Source: an uncultured Methanoregulaceae archaeon (GTDB lineage: Archaea > Halobacteriota > Methanomicrobia > Methanomicrobiales > Methanospirillaceae). Taken from it: DNA of 64,000 nt. Within the stretch, counting starts at the first letter, position 1, and every line of letters starts with the position of its first letter. The DNA lies in assembly GCA_963701095.1 (NCBI GenBank), contig OY969564.1, positions 53,049 through 117,048 of the forward strand. Direction: 5' to 3'. Shown here piece by piece: positions 32,473 to 42,981 of the stretch. The position numbers were made by a program, and so were the translations under genes. The notes beneath the pieces are model-generated. The model was not told where the DNA came from, ran no database searches, and saw only the letters and a list, made by a program, of their open reading frames with translations.

Positions 32473-33741
32473 TCACCCGAACAAATTCGGGAACAACGTA
32501 CTTATGCCATACAGTGACGATACGACAATAATACAGGTGACAATCGATATATTCGCTATATTATCAAAGAGTGTATTTTTGTATTTCCCCATGATTTCCT
32601 CGTTGTTGAGGAGAATGATCAAAAAGACCAGTGCAGCCGGTAATAGGGTTACTGCCACGACCTGGACAAAGAGTGTAATTAACACCAGGGGTGCCCCTGG
32701 GATAAGGACAACGGCTCCGGCAGTAATGAGTCCTACAAAATAGAATACATAGAACCAGATGGCTTCTTTTACCTTATAGTTCAGGGAATGCGCCCACCCG
32801 AACACCTCGCCGAACGCCCATGAACTGGTGAGTGCAATACAGAGAGCTCCCAAGAATCCAGCATCAAACAGGCCGATGGCAAGGAACGTTCCCACCCAGG
32901 GATTCGTAGCCATCATAATCTGTGCTGCCTGCGCGGCACTTTGGATGTCCATACCCTTCAGAAGCGTCCCGGTCACGACAATAATAAAGACCGCAACGAG
33001 AACTGTAAATACCGCTCCAATAGCAGTATCGAATTTTCCCCAAGGAATGTCTTTTTCCTTCATCTGCTTATCAACAACAGCACTCTGCTGGAAGAAGATC
33101 ATCCAGGGCGCGATGGTCGTCCCGATATTTGCCATCAGGAAAAAGAACAGCTCGCCATTAAAACCTCCCGGGAAATTGGGAATGACACCGTTACGGAAGA
33201 TATCGGAAACCGAAGGATGGACAAGAATAGCTGCAGGTATGTAGATGAGGTTGACAAGGCAGAGTGCCATCGTGATCTTTTCCCATGTCCAGTACTTCCC
33301 GGAAAAAACTATTCCCATCATTACACAGATTACAATAATGACGGTGAGTAAGGGGGGGATACCGAATATAGAAAGTCCGGCTGTCATGCCGATAAATTCT
33401 GTCACCAGTGTAAGCCAGTTCACCAGACTTAAGTCTAGGAAAGAGAACCAGCCCCAGAATGAGCCGAAAGCGCTGAAAATTGCCTCTGCATGCCCATGCT
33501 TGGTAACAGCACCAAGCCGGACGGTCATCTCTTGGACAAAATACGCAACTGGTCCCAGAAGGATCAAAAACCAGATAAGATTATAACCAAATTTTGCCCC
33601 GGTAGCTGCATAAGTAGTGATACCCCCGGCATCATTGTCTGCAATCATTACGATAAGACCGGGACCGGCCAGCAACAGGTATATCTGGATGGTCTTGATT
33701 ATTCTCCGGTAATTAAAATAGAATTTTGCCAAAAAATCCAT
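32473..33741 (-). CDS. NRAMP-family divalent metal transporter (Mg-type clade)
   Basis: ADNDAGGITTY and GTTIAPW in place of the canonical DPGN/MPH motifs; linked to the MgtE-N gene. Confidence 0.85.
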   Translation of the reverse strand: MDFLAKFYFNYRRIIKTIQIYLLLAGPGLIVMIADNDAGGITTYAATGAKFGYNLIWFLILLGPVAYFVQEMTVRLGAVTKHGHAEAIFSAFGSFWGWFSFLDLSLVNWLTLVTEFIGMTAGLSIFGIPPLLTVIIVICVMMGIVFSGKYWTWEKITMALCLVNLIYIPAAILVHPSVSDIFRNGVIPNFPGGFNGELFFFLMANIGTTIAPWMIFFQQSAVVDKQMKEKDIPWGKFDTAIGAVFTVLVAVFIIVVTGTLLKGMDIQSAAQAAQIMMATNPWVGTFLAIGLFDAGFLGALCIALTSSWAFGEVFGWAHSLNYKVKEAIWFYVFYFVGLITAGAVVLIPGAPLVLITLFVQVVAVTLLPAALVFLIILLNNEEIMGKYKNTLFDNIANISIVTCIIVVSSLYGISTLFPNLFG

Positions 33742-33850
33742 TTTTCACCTACGAATCAATTTTGTCATTCAGTGCATTGTACTGATCATCCCCCCATTCG
33801 ATCCGAATGGCAGTCGGAGAGCACGGGTAAGATACCCGTCTCCTCATGAC
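33742..33850 (-). promoter_or_regulatory. structured 5' leader, candidate metal-responsive riboswitch
   Basis: TATA at 33880-33872, two perfect 7-bp hairpins and a closing stem, SD AGGTGA. Confidence 0.5.
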
Positions 33851-34145
33851 ATAATCGTGGACGCCGGGCTCATATAATAATATCGCCTCAGTCGGCCTTT
33901 TTTTTGCTTTCTGGGTATTTCATGGTCATGAATTTTTATCATTGGCGCAATTCAGCCGTTTTTAATCGAATAAAATCCAAATCGGGCAGTTTAAAACAAA
34001 GACCATCCCGGAGAATATAATCTTTTTTTGGATCCGGCGCATGTTTATTGAACCATAATAAGGTAAAACAAGTAAAGTAATACTGTATTAGCCAAAAAGA
34101 CCCTTCTGGAGAAAAGACAGAGGGTTCTTTGTTGAGGTGCGCCAG

Positions 34146-35423
34146 ATGCTTGAAATCAGGTTTGTACGGGCGAGCCCGGAGATCGTAAAAGCCGATCTGC
34201 TCAAACGAAACGCTCAGGAAAAGATTGCATGGGTAGACGAAATTCTTGCAAAAGATGCACGTTCCCGCGAGCTTAAAGTACAGACCGATGAACTGCGGCG
34301 CCGGAGAAATACCATCGCCCGGGAAATCAACGAACTTCGTAAAGCCGGAAAAGATCCGGCTTCCCTGATGAAGGAAGCAACAGAACTTCCGGGGAAAATT
34401 AAGGAAAACGATGCCGAACAGGATGAAATAACAACCGTTATTCGCACCCGGCTTATGCGTCTGCCTAATATCCTTGACGACAGCGTACCGCGAGGGTGTG
34501 ATGATACCGGGAATGTGGAGGTCCGGCGTGTCGGCACACCGCGTACGTTTGATTTCGAAGTCAAAAACCACGGCCAGCTTGCGGCTGAACGGGGCTGGGC
34601 TGATTTCGAACGGGCTGCGAAGATTTCAGGGGGAGGATTCTATTTCCTGAAAGGAAATCTTGTCCTTCTCGATCTTGCCCTCCAGCGTTTTGCCCTAGAC
34701 CTGCTTGAAAAGAAAGGTTTTACCCCGGTCATACCGCCGTTTATGATCAACCGCAGCTCGTACGAAGGAGTCACCGATCTTGACGATTTCGAAAAAGTGA
34801 TGTACAAGATCGACAACGATGATATGTACCTGATTGCGACAAGTGAACACCCTATAGCCGCAATGTACCAAGATGAGATCTTCGAAGAAAAGGACCTTCC
34901 TCTGCGCCTTGCCGGGTTATCCCCCTGTTTCCGGCGGGAAATCGGTGCGCATGGTCTCGACACCAAAGGACTTTTCCGCGTTCACCAGTTTACGAAGATC
35001 GAACAGTTTGTCTTCTGCAAACCTGCAGATTCCTGGCAGATCCACGACGAACTTCTTGCAAATGCTGAAGAAGTGTTCAGGAAACTGGAACTCCCCTATC
35101 ACGTGGTCAACATCTGCACAGGTGATATCGGTACTGTTGCCGCAAAGAAATACGATATCGAGGCTTGGATGCCACGGGAAAATGCCTATAAAGAGGTCGT
35201 TTCCTGTTCCAACTGCACATCCTACCAAGCTGCCAGCCTTAATATCCGGGTGCGCGACAAGGAAATTTTCGAATCAAAACAGCTTGTCCATACCCTTAAT
35301 TCAACCGCGATCGCCACCTCACGGACTTTACGGTGTATCCTTGAAAACTACCAGAACCGCGACGGATCGGTAACCATACCGCAGGTGCTGCGTCAATACA
35401 TGAACGATCGTGAGTTCCTCTGA
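34146..35423 (+). CDS. serS: seryl-tRNA synthetase (standard type)
   Basis: N-terminal coiled coil, LIATSEH, FRREIG..RVHQF, EVVSCSN, TLNST. Confidence 0.97.
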   Translation: MLEIRFVRASPEIVKADLLKRNAQEKIAWVDEILAKDARSRELKVQTDELRRRRNTIAREINELRKAGKDPASLMKEATELPGKIKENDAEQDEITTVIRTRLMRLPNILDDSVPRGCDDTGNVEVRRVGTPRTFDFEVKNHGQLAAERGWADFERAAKISGGGFYFLKGNLVLLDLALQRFALDLLEKKGFTPVIPPFMINRSSYEGVTDLDDFEKVMYKIDNDDMYLIATSEHPIAAMYQDEIFEEKDLPLRLAGLSPCFRREIGAHGLDTKGLFRVHQFTKIEQFVFCKPADSWQIHDELLANAEEVFRKLELPYHVVNICTGDIGTVAAKKYDIEAWMPRENAYKEVVSCSNCTSYQAASLNIRVRDKEIFESKQLVHTLNSTAIATSRTLRCILENYQNRDGSVTIPQVLRQYMNDREFL

Positions 35424-35511
35424 GCCCTGTTCCGCGACCGGTACATCAATAAAATAAAATATTTAATAAATACTTATTTGTCACAGATCATGCATACGTA
35501 TAGTAGAGAAC

Positions 35512-37041
35512 GTGGTAAATATGGGTTATCCCGACTTGAAAAGTGATGAGTCAATAGTCCTTACGGCGCAGCATGTCAAGGTTAAATCTGTGCCGTTCGA
35601 ACTGGTACTCACCAATCGGCGTCTCATCATCATTGATAGTGAAAAAAATGTGGTGCCGACGCAGCAGATATCACTGGTCACGATCCGGAACGTTACGGCC
35701 AGCGAGAACGCTATCCGTGATCCGGTCATTACACTTACGATCCTGACGGAAACGGCGGATACCCGTGAAATGGCGCTTACTTTTGTCCGCCAGACTGCTG
35801 GAGAACGAAGACGTGAGTCTGACGAATGGGTAAAAGCCCTCAGAAAAAATATTGCAGAAGCTGCAATGTACCCCCCGGACATAGTGGCGACTCCCCAGGT
35901 CCCCGATGAAAGCCGGCAGGAGCATCCTGGTTCTCCCGGGATAAAAAAGAAGATAGATGCCCCTCGTCCCATGAAAAAAATAGTTGTTGATACAAGCCAT
36001 CTCCCCCCAAAGCCCGTTGAGACCACGTCGCTACCCGAAGGATCATTCTGTGGCAGATGCGGAAACCGCATCCCTCCAGGATCAACGTTTTGCAACCGGT
36101 GCGGTACCAAGGTTGCCGGATCAGCTGATGAGACCATTATTTCTGCCCCAACCGGACAGGTTACCCCTGTCTCCTCAGTAACGGGATCGGGAGATCGGAA
36201 AGGACGGCCCATCGAACAGATCATTCACTCAATCGAACCCCTGATTGCAGACTCAGTACCCCGGACGGAAACCCCGCCCGCAATTCCGGAACCAGTATCG
36301 GTTCCTTCAGCAGAACCTGCGTCATCTGCAGAACCTTCCACAGAAGCACCGGCAGGATCTGAACCGGCCTCTGAACCTGCATCAGAATCTGCCTCTGGGG
36401 GACTGGTAATTCCGCCGATGCCGACATTCCCCACAATTCCTCCTGTTCCTGAAGCACCCCGGAAAAAACCGTTCAAGGTTATAGCTGCAGCCATTATCGT
36501 TATTGTTATTATTGCGATTGTGGCGGTTGGAGGATTTGTGCTTATCAAAAACATGCACACGAATACCACCGTAGTACAGCCGATAACTACTGCAATACCG
36601 ACAACACAGACCACCGTTCCAACCCCAACGCCAACAATGGCAGTAACCACGGTAATTCCCACGGTACTGCAGACGCTAGCGACATCTGTTCCTCAAACAG
36701 GAGTCTGGGTCGAGATTACCTATGACCAGACTTATAGTGGCTCTGTAGGTCTCCCTGGTGACCAGGTTCAGGTCAGTGATACCGGGGACCATTATTATAG
36801 GATCCCGACGGAAAACGGTGTTGTAGCAGTATCGGTCCAGAAGAATGATGGCAGCGCCGATGAATTGAAAGTTAACCTGTTCAATAATGGTATCCTTGTG
36901 AAGACAGGTTCAACAACCATTCCTTATGGAAATGTCGATATGCAGGTTTCGCTATCAGTCCCGACACCAACGGCAACCCTTCCACTGAAGTCAAATCCAA
37001 CCGCAAATAAGACCGCCAGTACCGACCTGATACCGGCCTGA
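35512..37041 (+). CDS. PH-like + zinc-ribbon membrane protein
   Basis: LVLTNRRLI, CGRCG..FCNRCG, P-rich linker, TM helix. Confidence 0.75.
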   Translation: MVNMGYPDLKSDESIVLTAQHVKVKSVPFELVLTNRRLIIIDSEKNVVPTQQISLVTIRNVTASENAIRDPVITLTILTETADTREMALTFVRQTAGERRRESDEWVKALRKNIAEAAMYPPDIVATPQVPDESRQEHPGSPGIKKKIDAPRPMKKIVVDTSHLPPKPVETTSLPEGSFCGRCGNRIPPGSTFCNRCGTKVAGSADETIISAPTGQVTPVSSVTGSGDRKGRPIEQIIHSIEPLIADSVPRTETPPAIPEPVSVPSAEPASSAEPSTEAPAGSEPASEPASESASGGLVIPPMPTFPTIPPVPEAPRKKPFKVIAAAIIVIVIIAIVAVGGFVLIKNMHTNTTVVQPITTAIPTTQTTVPTPTPTMAVTTVIPTVLQTLATSVPQTGVWVEITYDQTYSGSVGLPGDQVQVSDTGDHYYRIPTENGVVAVSVQKNDGSADELKVNLFNNGILVKTGSTTIPYGNVDMQVSLSVPTPTATLPLKSNPTANKTASTDLIPA

Positions 37042-37061
37042 GCTGACGACCATTTTTTGCT

Positions 37062-38120
37062 ATGGCACAAACAGATGAATCGGGAAAAAAACCTTCGAGG
37101 GCTGTTGTTAAACCGATTTACCGGATTACATTTTTCGTATTTCTCATTTTTTTGGTTATCTCCAATTGTGCATCTGCAGCCATGGTCCAGGCATATATTG
37201 GCGAAACCATACCACTGTCCGGATACATGTATTCAAGCCAGACCGCCTACCTTTTCCTGACCGGCCCAAATCTTCCGGCAAACGGCGTGGCACTCGACAA
37301 CATCAACAACCGGGCCGATCAGGGCGGGTTCACTGAGGTCAGTGTTGATGGAAACAATCACTGGACCTATAATTGGTATACCGGATCAATAGGGGGAAAA
37401 CTTGATGCCGGTACCTATACCATCTGGGTTGTCGATGGCCCCAATGACCTTTCCAACCTGAACCAGGCCGATTACAGCACTATTTCGGTTTCCCTGAACG
37501 TGCCCGGCCTTGGTCCGGCGACTGCATCTACGTCACCCGGGAGCCCCGTCATTACCGCTGCGGTTCCTGCGAGCATCGTGTCTCCTTTAGAGGCTCCCGG
37601 CATCCTCGAAATTAATTCGATCCCGGATAATGCTTCGATAGTTGTCAACGGTGTCTACCAGGGAATCACCCCGCTCACTCTAAACGGATTGAATCCGGGA
37701 ACATACCAGATCAATTTTTCCCGATTTAATTATTATCCCTTTTCGACAAATGCACCGGTCGAACCTGGTGTAACCACCCAGGTCAATGGAACGCTCAAGC
37801 TTATGACCGGTACCCTGGTAATCACCACAAACCCGGAGGGAGCACAGATCATTCTCGATGGCATGAATGTTAACCAGTCCCCGATTATCCAAACCGGCCT
37901 TTCCGTTGGTAACCACACAATCAATGCGACTCTAGAGGGGTACATCCCGGCCAACATCCAGGTAAACGTTGTAGCCGATCAATCTGTCAACAGCACCCTC
38001 CAACTTAATAAGACCGCTTCATTGATACCGGGAAATGGTACGCCTCTTCCCATTCCCGTGACGATGAGTGCTTTCATTGTGGCCCTCATCATGTTTGTAT
38101 TCTTCCGGCGATGCATATGA
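37062..38120 (+). CDS. secreted PEGA-repeat protein
   Basis: Two PEGA repeats; C-terminal TPLP-TM-RR. Confidence 0.8.
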   Translation: MAQTDESGKKPSRAVVKPIYRITFFVFLIFLVISNCASAAMVQAYIGETIPLSGYMYSSQTAYLFLTGPNLPANGVALDNINNRADQGGFTEVSVDGNNHWTYNWYTGSIGGKLDAGTYTIWVVDGPNDLSNLNQADYSTISVSLNVPGLGPATASTSPGSPVITAAVPASIVSPLEAPGILEINSIPDNASIVVNGVYQGITPLTLNGLNPGTYQINFSRFNYYPFSTNAPVEPGVTTQVNGTLKLMTGTLVITTNPEGAQIILDGMNVNQSPIIQTGLSVGNHTINATLEGYIPANIQVNVVADQSVNSTLQLNKTASLIPGNGTPLPIPVTMSAFIVALIMFVFFRRCI

Positions 38121-38354
38121 GTATACCGGACCAGTTAGGATACCAGGAGACCTCACGGATTTGTATTTTTTCCAAAATTGTTGAAGAAAAATATCCCTGT
38201 TATATGGTATCAGCATACTCCAATAGCGCACCTTATATTTTCTGATCGTTTTGTTTTTCGCCCTTGATTTATCGATTTGGAAATAAAAGAATAACTACAA
38301 TTCACAACTTTAATATATTGATTAATTATATTCAACCTTCATTGATCTTTTAAT

Positions 38355-39318
38355 ATGTCACTCGTGCTTTTTCCGGACAAACGACATGCCGATATTCCTG
38401 CAATGATGACTGCAAAGGACATTCCCAGCCTGATCCGGCAGTTAAACCATCGTAATCCCGATACCCAGTGGCGGGCTGCTGATGCACTTGGGTCTCTGGG
38501 GGCAGAAGCCGTTATTCCGCTTATATTGGTTCTTGATAGCAGACACAAGGCCGTCCGTATCGGTGCTATCGAAGCATTGGGAAAAATTCGGGATCCTCGT
38601 TCAGTACGGCCGCTGGTTCACCTTTTAAAGCATGATACCGCTGTCGAGGTCCGTTGGATAGCTGCTCTTGCACTCGGAGAAATAGGTGACATAAATGCAA
38701 TCCCGTCCCTCGTTGAATCTCTCCGGGAAAAGGAAAGGTACGTCCGGTATGGGGCAGCACGATCGCTTGAACTCCTTCACTGGATTCCTAAAGACGATGC
38801 TGAAAGGGCATATTATGCCATTGCGCTGCAGAATTGGTCTGGCGTCAAAAAGATCGGAAAATTCAGCTACCGGTCCGCTCGCAGATATTTTCCATGACCC
38901 TGACCCGGCAACCCGGATAAAGATCGTAGAGTTGCTCGGCCAGATCGGTGATCCGAATGCACAACCTGCCTGCGAAGCGGCACTCCGGGACAATGACGCC
39001 GCTGTCCGGTGGGTTGCAGTTGTGGCGGCAAAAAAATGCCGGGTACTCTCGGCTCACATCCCCTGGGGGCTCGCCAAACGGCCGCGAACCGGACATAACC
39101 CATGGGCTGCAGCCGTTCTTAATTTCTTTTTTGTCGGTCTTGGCTACAATTATCTCGGTTTCTGGTGGGGCTTTCTTGTCTTCATGAGTTATGCGAGCAT
39201 TTTTACGCTTGCCCAGCTTGAGTCCGGCCCGTTATTGCCGTACCTGTACACATATCCGATCACTGCCCTGTTTGCGGCACAGACGTTCTACATGGCAAAA
39301 AAGATGTCGGACCTATGA
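38355..39318 (+). CDS. HEAT/PBS-lyase repeat protein with C-terminal membrane domain, frameshift ~38860
   Basis: VRW.AA.ALG.IGD repeats; HNPWAAAVLNFFFVGLGY. Confidence 0.85.
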
Positions 39319-39328
39319 GCTGAGACCT

Positions 39329-40291
39329 ATGGTTTTCCCGAAGCTGTTCGTGGTAAAACAAAAAGATATCAGCCTGATGACTGAACGCCGGGATATCGCC
39401 GGTCTTATCAAGGCACTCCATTCTTCGGATTTTGCAGTTCAGACACAGGCAGCACAGGCACTGGGCTCTCTCGGCACCGCTGCGATGAATGAGCTCATTT
39501 CCAGGTTAAAAAACAAGAATAAAGATGTCCGGTTCGGTGTCATTGAAGCACTGTCGGTTATCAGGGATCCGCGATCCATTGGACCACTGACCGGGGCGCT
39601 CAAAGACGAGAACAGTGAAGTGCGGTGGCAGGCGGCAATGGCCCTTGGCGAGATCGGTGACGAAAAGGCAACCCTGCCTCTTCAGGAAGCCCTCAAAGAT
39701 CCCAACAAATACGTACGGTATGGTGCAGCTTTTGCCCTTGCCACCCTTGGGTGGAAACCGAACAACGCCGATGAACGGGCATCCTACTTTATCGGTATGC
39801 AGGAATGGAAGGCGGTTGAGGATATTGGACCAGATGCAATCCCGGCGCTTAACCATGTCCTGAATGATCCAGATAGTGCAGTACGCCTGAAAGTGATGAA
39901 GATCCTTGGATCGATACGGGACGACAAGGCGATTCCGGCCCTGATGCGGGGGCTCGCTGACAGCGATAAAGACGTCCGGTGGGAAGCAGCACTAGCCGCA
40001 CCTTCCTGCGGGATAAACCCTATGCATATTCCCCGCGGGCTGTCACGGCGGCCGAAAACTGCAAAAAACCCGATCATAGCCGGGGTCATGAACTTCCTTC
40101 TCCCCGGCCTTGGCTATGGATATATCGGGAAATGGTGGGGGATCATGATCTTCCAGATTGATGTCACCGCTACGGTCTGGCTTTTCAAGTATCAGGGAGA
40201 CAACACCACATCGGCAGTACTTTTTCCCATCTACATTGTTCTTGGTATTCACGCGTGGTATATCACCCGCAAGATGCCGGATTTCATATGA
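39329..40291 (+). CDS. HEAT/PBS-lyase repeat protein with C-terminal membrane domain (paralog)
   Basis: Collinear with the previous gene; KNPIIAGVMNFLLPGLGY. Confidence 0.85.
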   Translation: MVFPKLFVVKQKDISLMTERRDIAGLIKALHSSDFAVQTQAAQALGSLGTAAMNELISRLKNKNKDVRFGVIEALSVIRDPRSIGPLTGALKDENSEVRWQAAMALGEIGDEKATLPLQEALKDPNKYVRYGAAFALATLGWKPNNADERASYFIGMQEWKAVEDIGPDAIPALNHVLNDPDSAVRLKVMKILGSIRDDKAIPALMRGLADSDKDVRWEAALAAPSCGINPMHIPRGLSRRPKTAKNPIIAGVMNFLLPGLGYGYIGKWWGIMIFQIDVTATVWLFKYQGDNTTSAVLFPIYIVLGIHAWYITRKMPDFI

Positions 40292-40379
40292 AAGATCTGA
40301 CAGATCCTTTTCAATCGGAGATTGCACCCAAGCGAATACCGGACAATTTATAGTGTTTTAAATATAATTTAGATGGTTC

Positions 40380-41150
40380 ATGACACTCACGAGGTTCACC
40401 GAGGAGCATCCCTATCTTAGCTCTGCTGTTTTCCTGCTGGTCTTCCTTTTTGTTCTTATTGTATGCGCCTTTTTAAATCTCGTCTTCATGGCAGGGCTTA
40501 TTCAGCAGGTTGCCATCGCTGATCTCCTTCTTGCCAGTATTGGTATTTTTTTGGTGATTCGCCTCGATTGGTTAGGGAAAGCGGGGTACTCGACGGGAAT
40601 CCGTCTGGCACAGGTCCCTCTTTTTCTTCTGCCCTGTGCATTTGCCCTTTTATCATTGGGGGATGGCATCCAAGTGACCGCACCCCTCGCTATCCTTTAT
40701 TTCGCCATCCTGACGCTGGTAGTAGGATTTGCTGAGGAAACCTATTTCCGTGGTCTGATTCTTACCGCCCTTCTTTCCACTGGTACGCTTCGGGCGGTTT
40801 TCATTAGTGCCCTCCTCTTTGCAGCCCTTCACTTACTCAATATCTTTGGCGGCACATGGGATCCCACCTACACGGTTGTGGACATTGTGGCTGCATTTGG
40901 TCTCGGGATAACCTATGCTGCAATTCGTTTGCGGACAGAGAGTATCTGGCCCGTAGTGGGCATTCATGCCCTCTTTGATTTTACTGCGATTATTTCCCAG
41001 GGAGGGATCCAGGTATCCGAGCAATCACTGCATGTACTGCTTATGCTGGTTTTCACGGGTGTCGTCTGCGCGGTATACGGGCTGTTTTTGTTACGGGACA
41101 GAAAAGAAGATCATATAACTATAGGTGATACCGCACCTCTTTCAAAATAG
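40380..41150 (+). CDS. CPBP (CAAX/Abi) intramembrane metalloprotease
   Basis: EETYFRG, FAALH, H..FD. Confidence 0.9.
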   Translation: MTLTRFTEEHPYLSSAVFLLVFLFVLIVCAFLNLVFMAGLIQQVAIADLLLASIGIFLVIRLDWLGKAGYSTGIRLAQVPLFLLPCAFALLSLGDGIQVTAPLAILYFAILTLVVGFAEETYFRGLILTALLSTGTLRAVFISALLFAALHLLNIFGGTWDPTYTVVDIVAAFGLGITYAAIRLRTESIWPVVGIHALFDFTAIISQGGIQVSEQSLHVLLMLVFTGVVCAVYGLFLLRDRKEDHITIGDTAPLSK

Positions 41151-41310
41151 GATAAAAGGCAGTCAAAAAATTTTCCACATGAGTTTTTTGGAGTCATTTC
41201 CTCAAGAGTAAACTTATTAAATTTAATTCCGACGAATCGTAAGAACCGTTTATTCCCGATTTTCTTTCACGAAAGAAGCGTATTAATACAAGTTTGGGTT
41301 ATGTGAGCAT

Positions 41311-41805
41311 ATGCAAGCCTTTCCCTGTTTTGTGTCTGGAGCGGCTGTTGCTCTCCTGGTGATTGCAGCTGTTTCGATTGCCGGATGCATGTCCCCCTCA
41401 CAACCTACGGCCTCGGTACCTATAGTCTCTCCGCTGATAACCGTATCTCCGACAATCGAAACCACCCCCATACCCGTGGCCACAACGATGATAATGGCCG
41501 AATCAACACCATCATCCCCGGTGACGACAATCGTTTCAACGTCTCAAAATGTGTCAGTTTCGATACAGAATTATGCATTCATTCCTGCGTCGGTAACAAT
41601 CCGACCCGGGACTACCATAACCTGGACGAACCTGGATCCTATTTATCATACGGCCACCTCGACAGAACCTTCGCCGGTCGCGTTCAATTCGCCGGTCCTT
41701 CACCAGGGAGATACATTCCAGTTTACGTTTGCCCAGCCCGGTACCTACCATTATCTCTGTAATATACATCCATTTATGCGAGGGATTGTGACTGTATCTT
41801 CGTAA
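41311..41805 (+). CDS. cupredoxin (plastocyanin/azurin-like) lipoprotein
   Basis: Lipobox IAGC; H..CNIHPFM type-1 copper ligands. Confidence 0.9.
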   Translation: MQAFPCFVSGAAVALLVIAAVSIAGCMSPSQPTASVPIVSPLITVSPTIETTPIPVATTMIMAESTPSSPVTTIVSTSQNVSVSIQNYAFIPASVTIRPGTTITWTNLDPIYHTATSTEPSPVAFNSPVLHQGDTFQFTFAQPGTYHYLCNIHPFMRGIVTVSS

Positions 41806-41976
41806 TTTTTTGTATTTCGAAGGTCTGGATAATCTACTACCGCTCGTTAGGACTGGCAACCATTAATTTGCCGGTGCAACTTTCCTTATTTTCTTGCTAG
41901 CTTGAACGCAATAATTTCAACCGTAGAATCAAGGATAATATTCGTTATAAAATCGATAAAACTATAATTCCTTAAT

Positions 41977-42735
41977 CTACTCTGAAAGGTCTTTTTTCAG
42001 GAAAATGACTTTTGTCATGTCAAAATTTCGCATTTTTTTGATGTTTTCGAGCTGGCTGTTATCTTTGTCAATCATCTCTTTTTCGATGCCATCGGCAATC
42101 GCCGTTATAGGTTGTGCCAGATCGAAGGCTCTCTTCGGCATACCAATCTTACCGCTTGGGTTTGTACAGTGTTTGATCCAGCCTTTTTCGACAAGGTACT
42201 GTGTCGCTGCGCTTACATTGGACTGGAATGTATCGGTTCCGGACTCAATCTCCTGAAGGGTAGCTCGTGGTGTGTTTGCAAGAAACACCAGCACCTGGGC
42301 CACCGGTTTTTTTATGCCACTTTTGACTAACAGACTGATTGACTCTTTTCTCTTCGGATAATGACTGAGGTTGTTCCGGAATTTTCTGATATGAGTGAGT
42401 CGGACACCGGCTTCTTTTTTCTTCTCCGATTCGATACCGTCCAAAATAACAGTTATGGGCTTTTTGAGCTGCCAGACGTTTGTCGGCCGAAAATTTTGAC
42501 CTGAGGTGGTCTCATGGCTTTTGATCCAGTCCTGATCCATCAGGTACTTTATTGTCACGCTGGCGTCAGGCTGACGAAGGCCAATTCCCTGTTCAATGTC
42601 CTGAAACGTCCCTTCTGAAGTGCTTGAAAGGAACGCAAGCACCATTGCCCCGTGTTCCTTCACACCGGTACTGATCAGGAGATTGACGAACTCCTCACCC
42701 TCCTTTGTAAAATACTGAATGTTTTCTTGTTTCAT
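41977..42735 (-). CDS. tandem double winged-HTH regulator, paralog of 4053-4427
   Basis: Two repeats of VLVFL..T.QEIE.GT.L.Q..VS....YL....W. Confidence 0.85.
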   Translation of the reverse strand: MKQENIQYFTKEGEEFVNLLISTGVKEHGAMVLAFLSSTSEGTFQDIEQGIGLRQPDASVTIKYLMDQDWIKSHETTSGQNFRPTNVWQLKKPITVILDGIESEKKKEAGVRLTHIRKFRNNLSHYPKRKESISLLVKSGIKKPVAQVLVFLANTPRATLQEIESGTDTFQSNVSAATQYLVEKGWIKHCTNPSGKIGMPKRAFDLAQPITAIADGIEKEMIDKDNSQLENIKKMRNFDMTKVIFLKKDLSE

Positions 42736-42815
42736 TATACGCCTGTTTTTTTCCGGGCAACTGCATATCCGAATTAGGGGAAATTATTTAGAGAATAGAA
42801 CCATCGTTGCATAAA

Positions 42816-42890
42816 TGCTGCTATGGGGATTTGAACCCCAGTCGCGGGCGTGAAAGGCCCGCATGATTGGCCGGTCTACACTATAGCAGC
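42816..42890 (-). tRNA. tRNA-Glu (TTC)
   Basis: GCTGCTA acceptor stem, anticodon arm GCGGGC-CTTTCAC-GCCCGC, T-arm GGTTCAAATCC; no intron, CCA not encoded. Confidence 0.95.
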
Positions 42891-42981
42891 GCGTTGCTCT
42901 AACTAGTTTTACTCGTCCCGATAAATAGGTTATGGAAGCGACCGGTGAGCTGATCGCGTATTGTTTTTTGCAGGAAAAAGG

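Noticed and set aside
41311-41805. Blue-copper protein in a strict anaerobe as a novelty
   Set aside because: Cupredoxin lipoproteins are already familiar in methanogen genomes.
42816-42890. tRNA-Glu as the provirus attachment site
   Set aside because: Intact ilvE lies between it and the integrase, and I saw no duplicate of the tRNA 3' end in the window.
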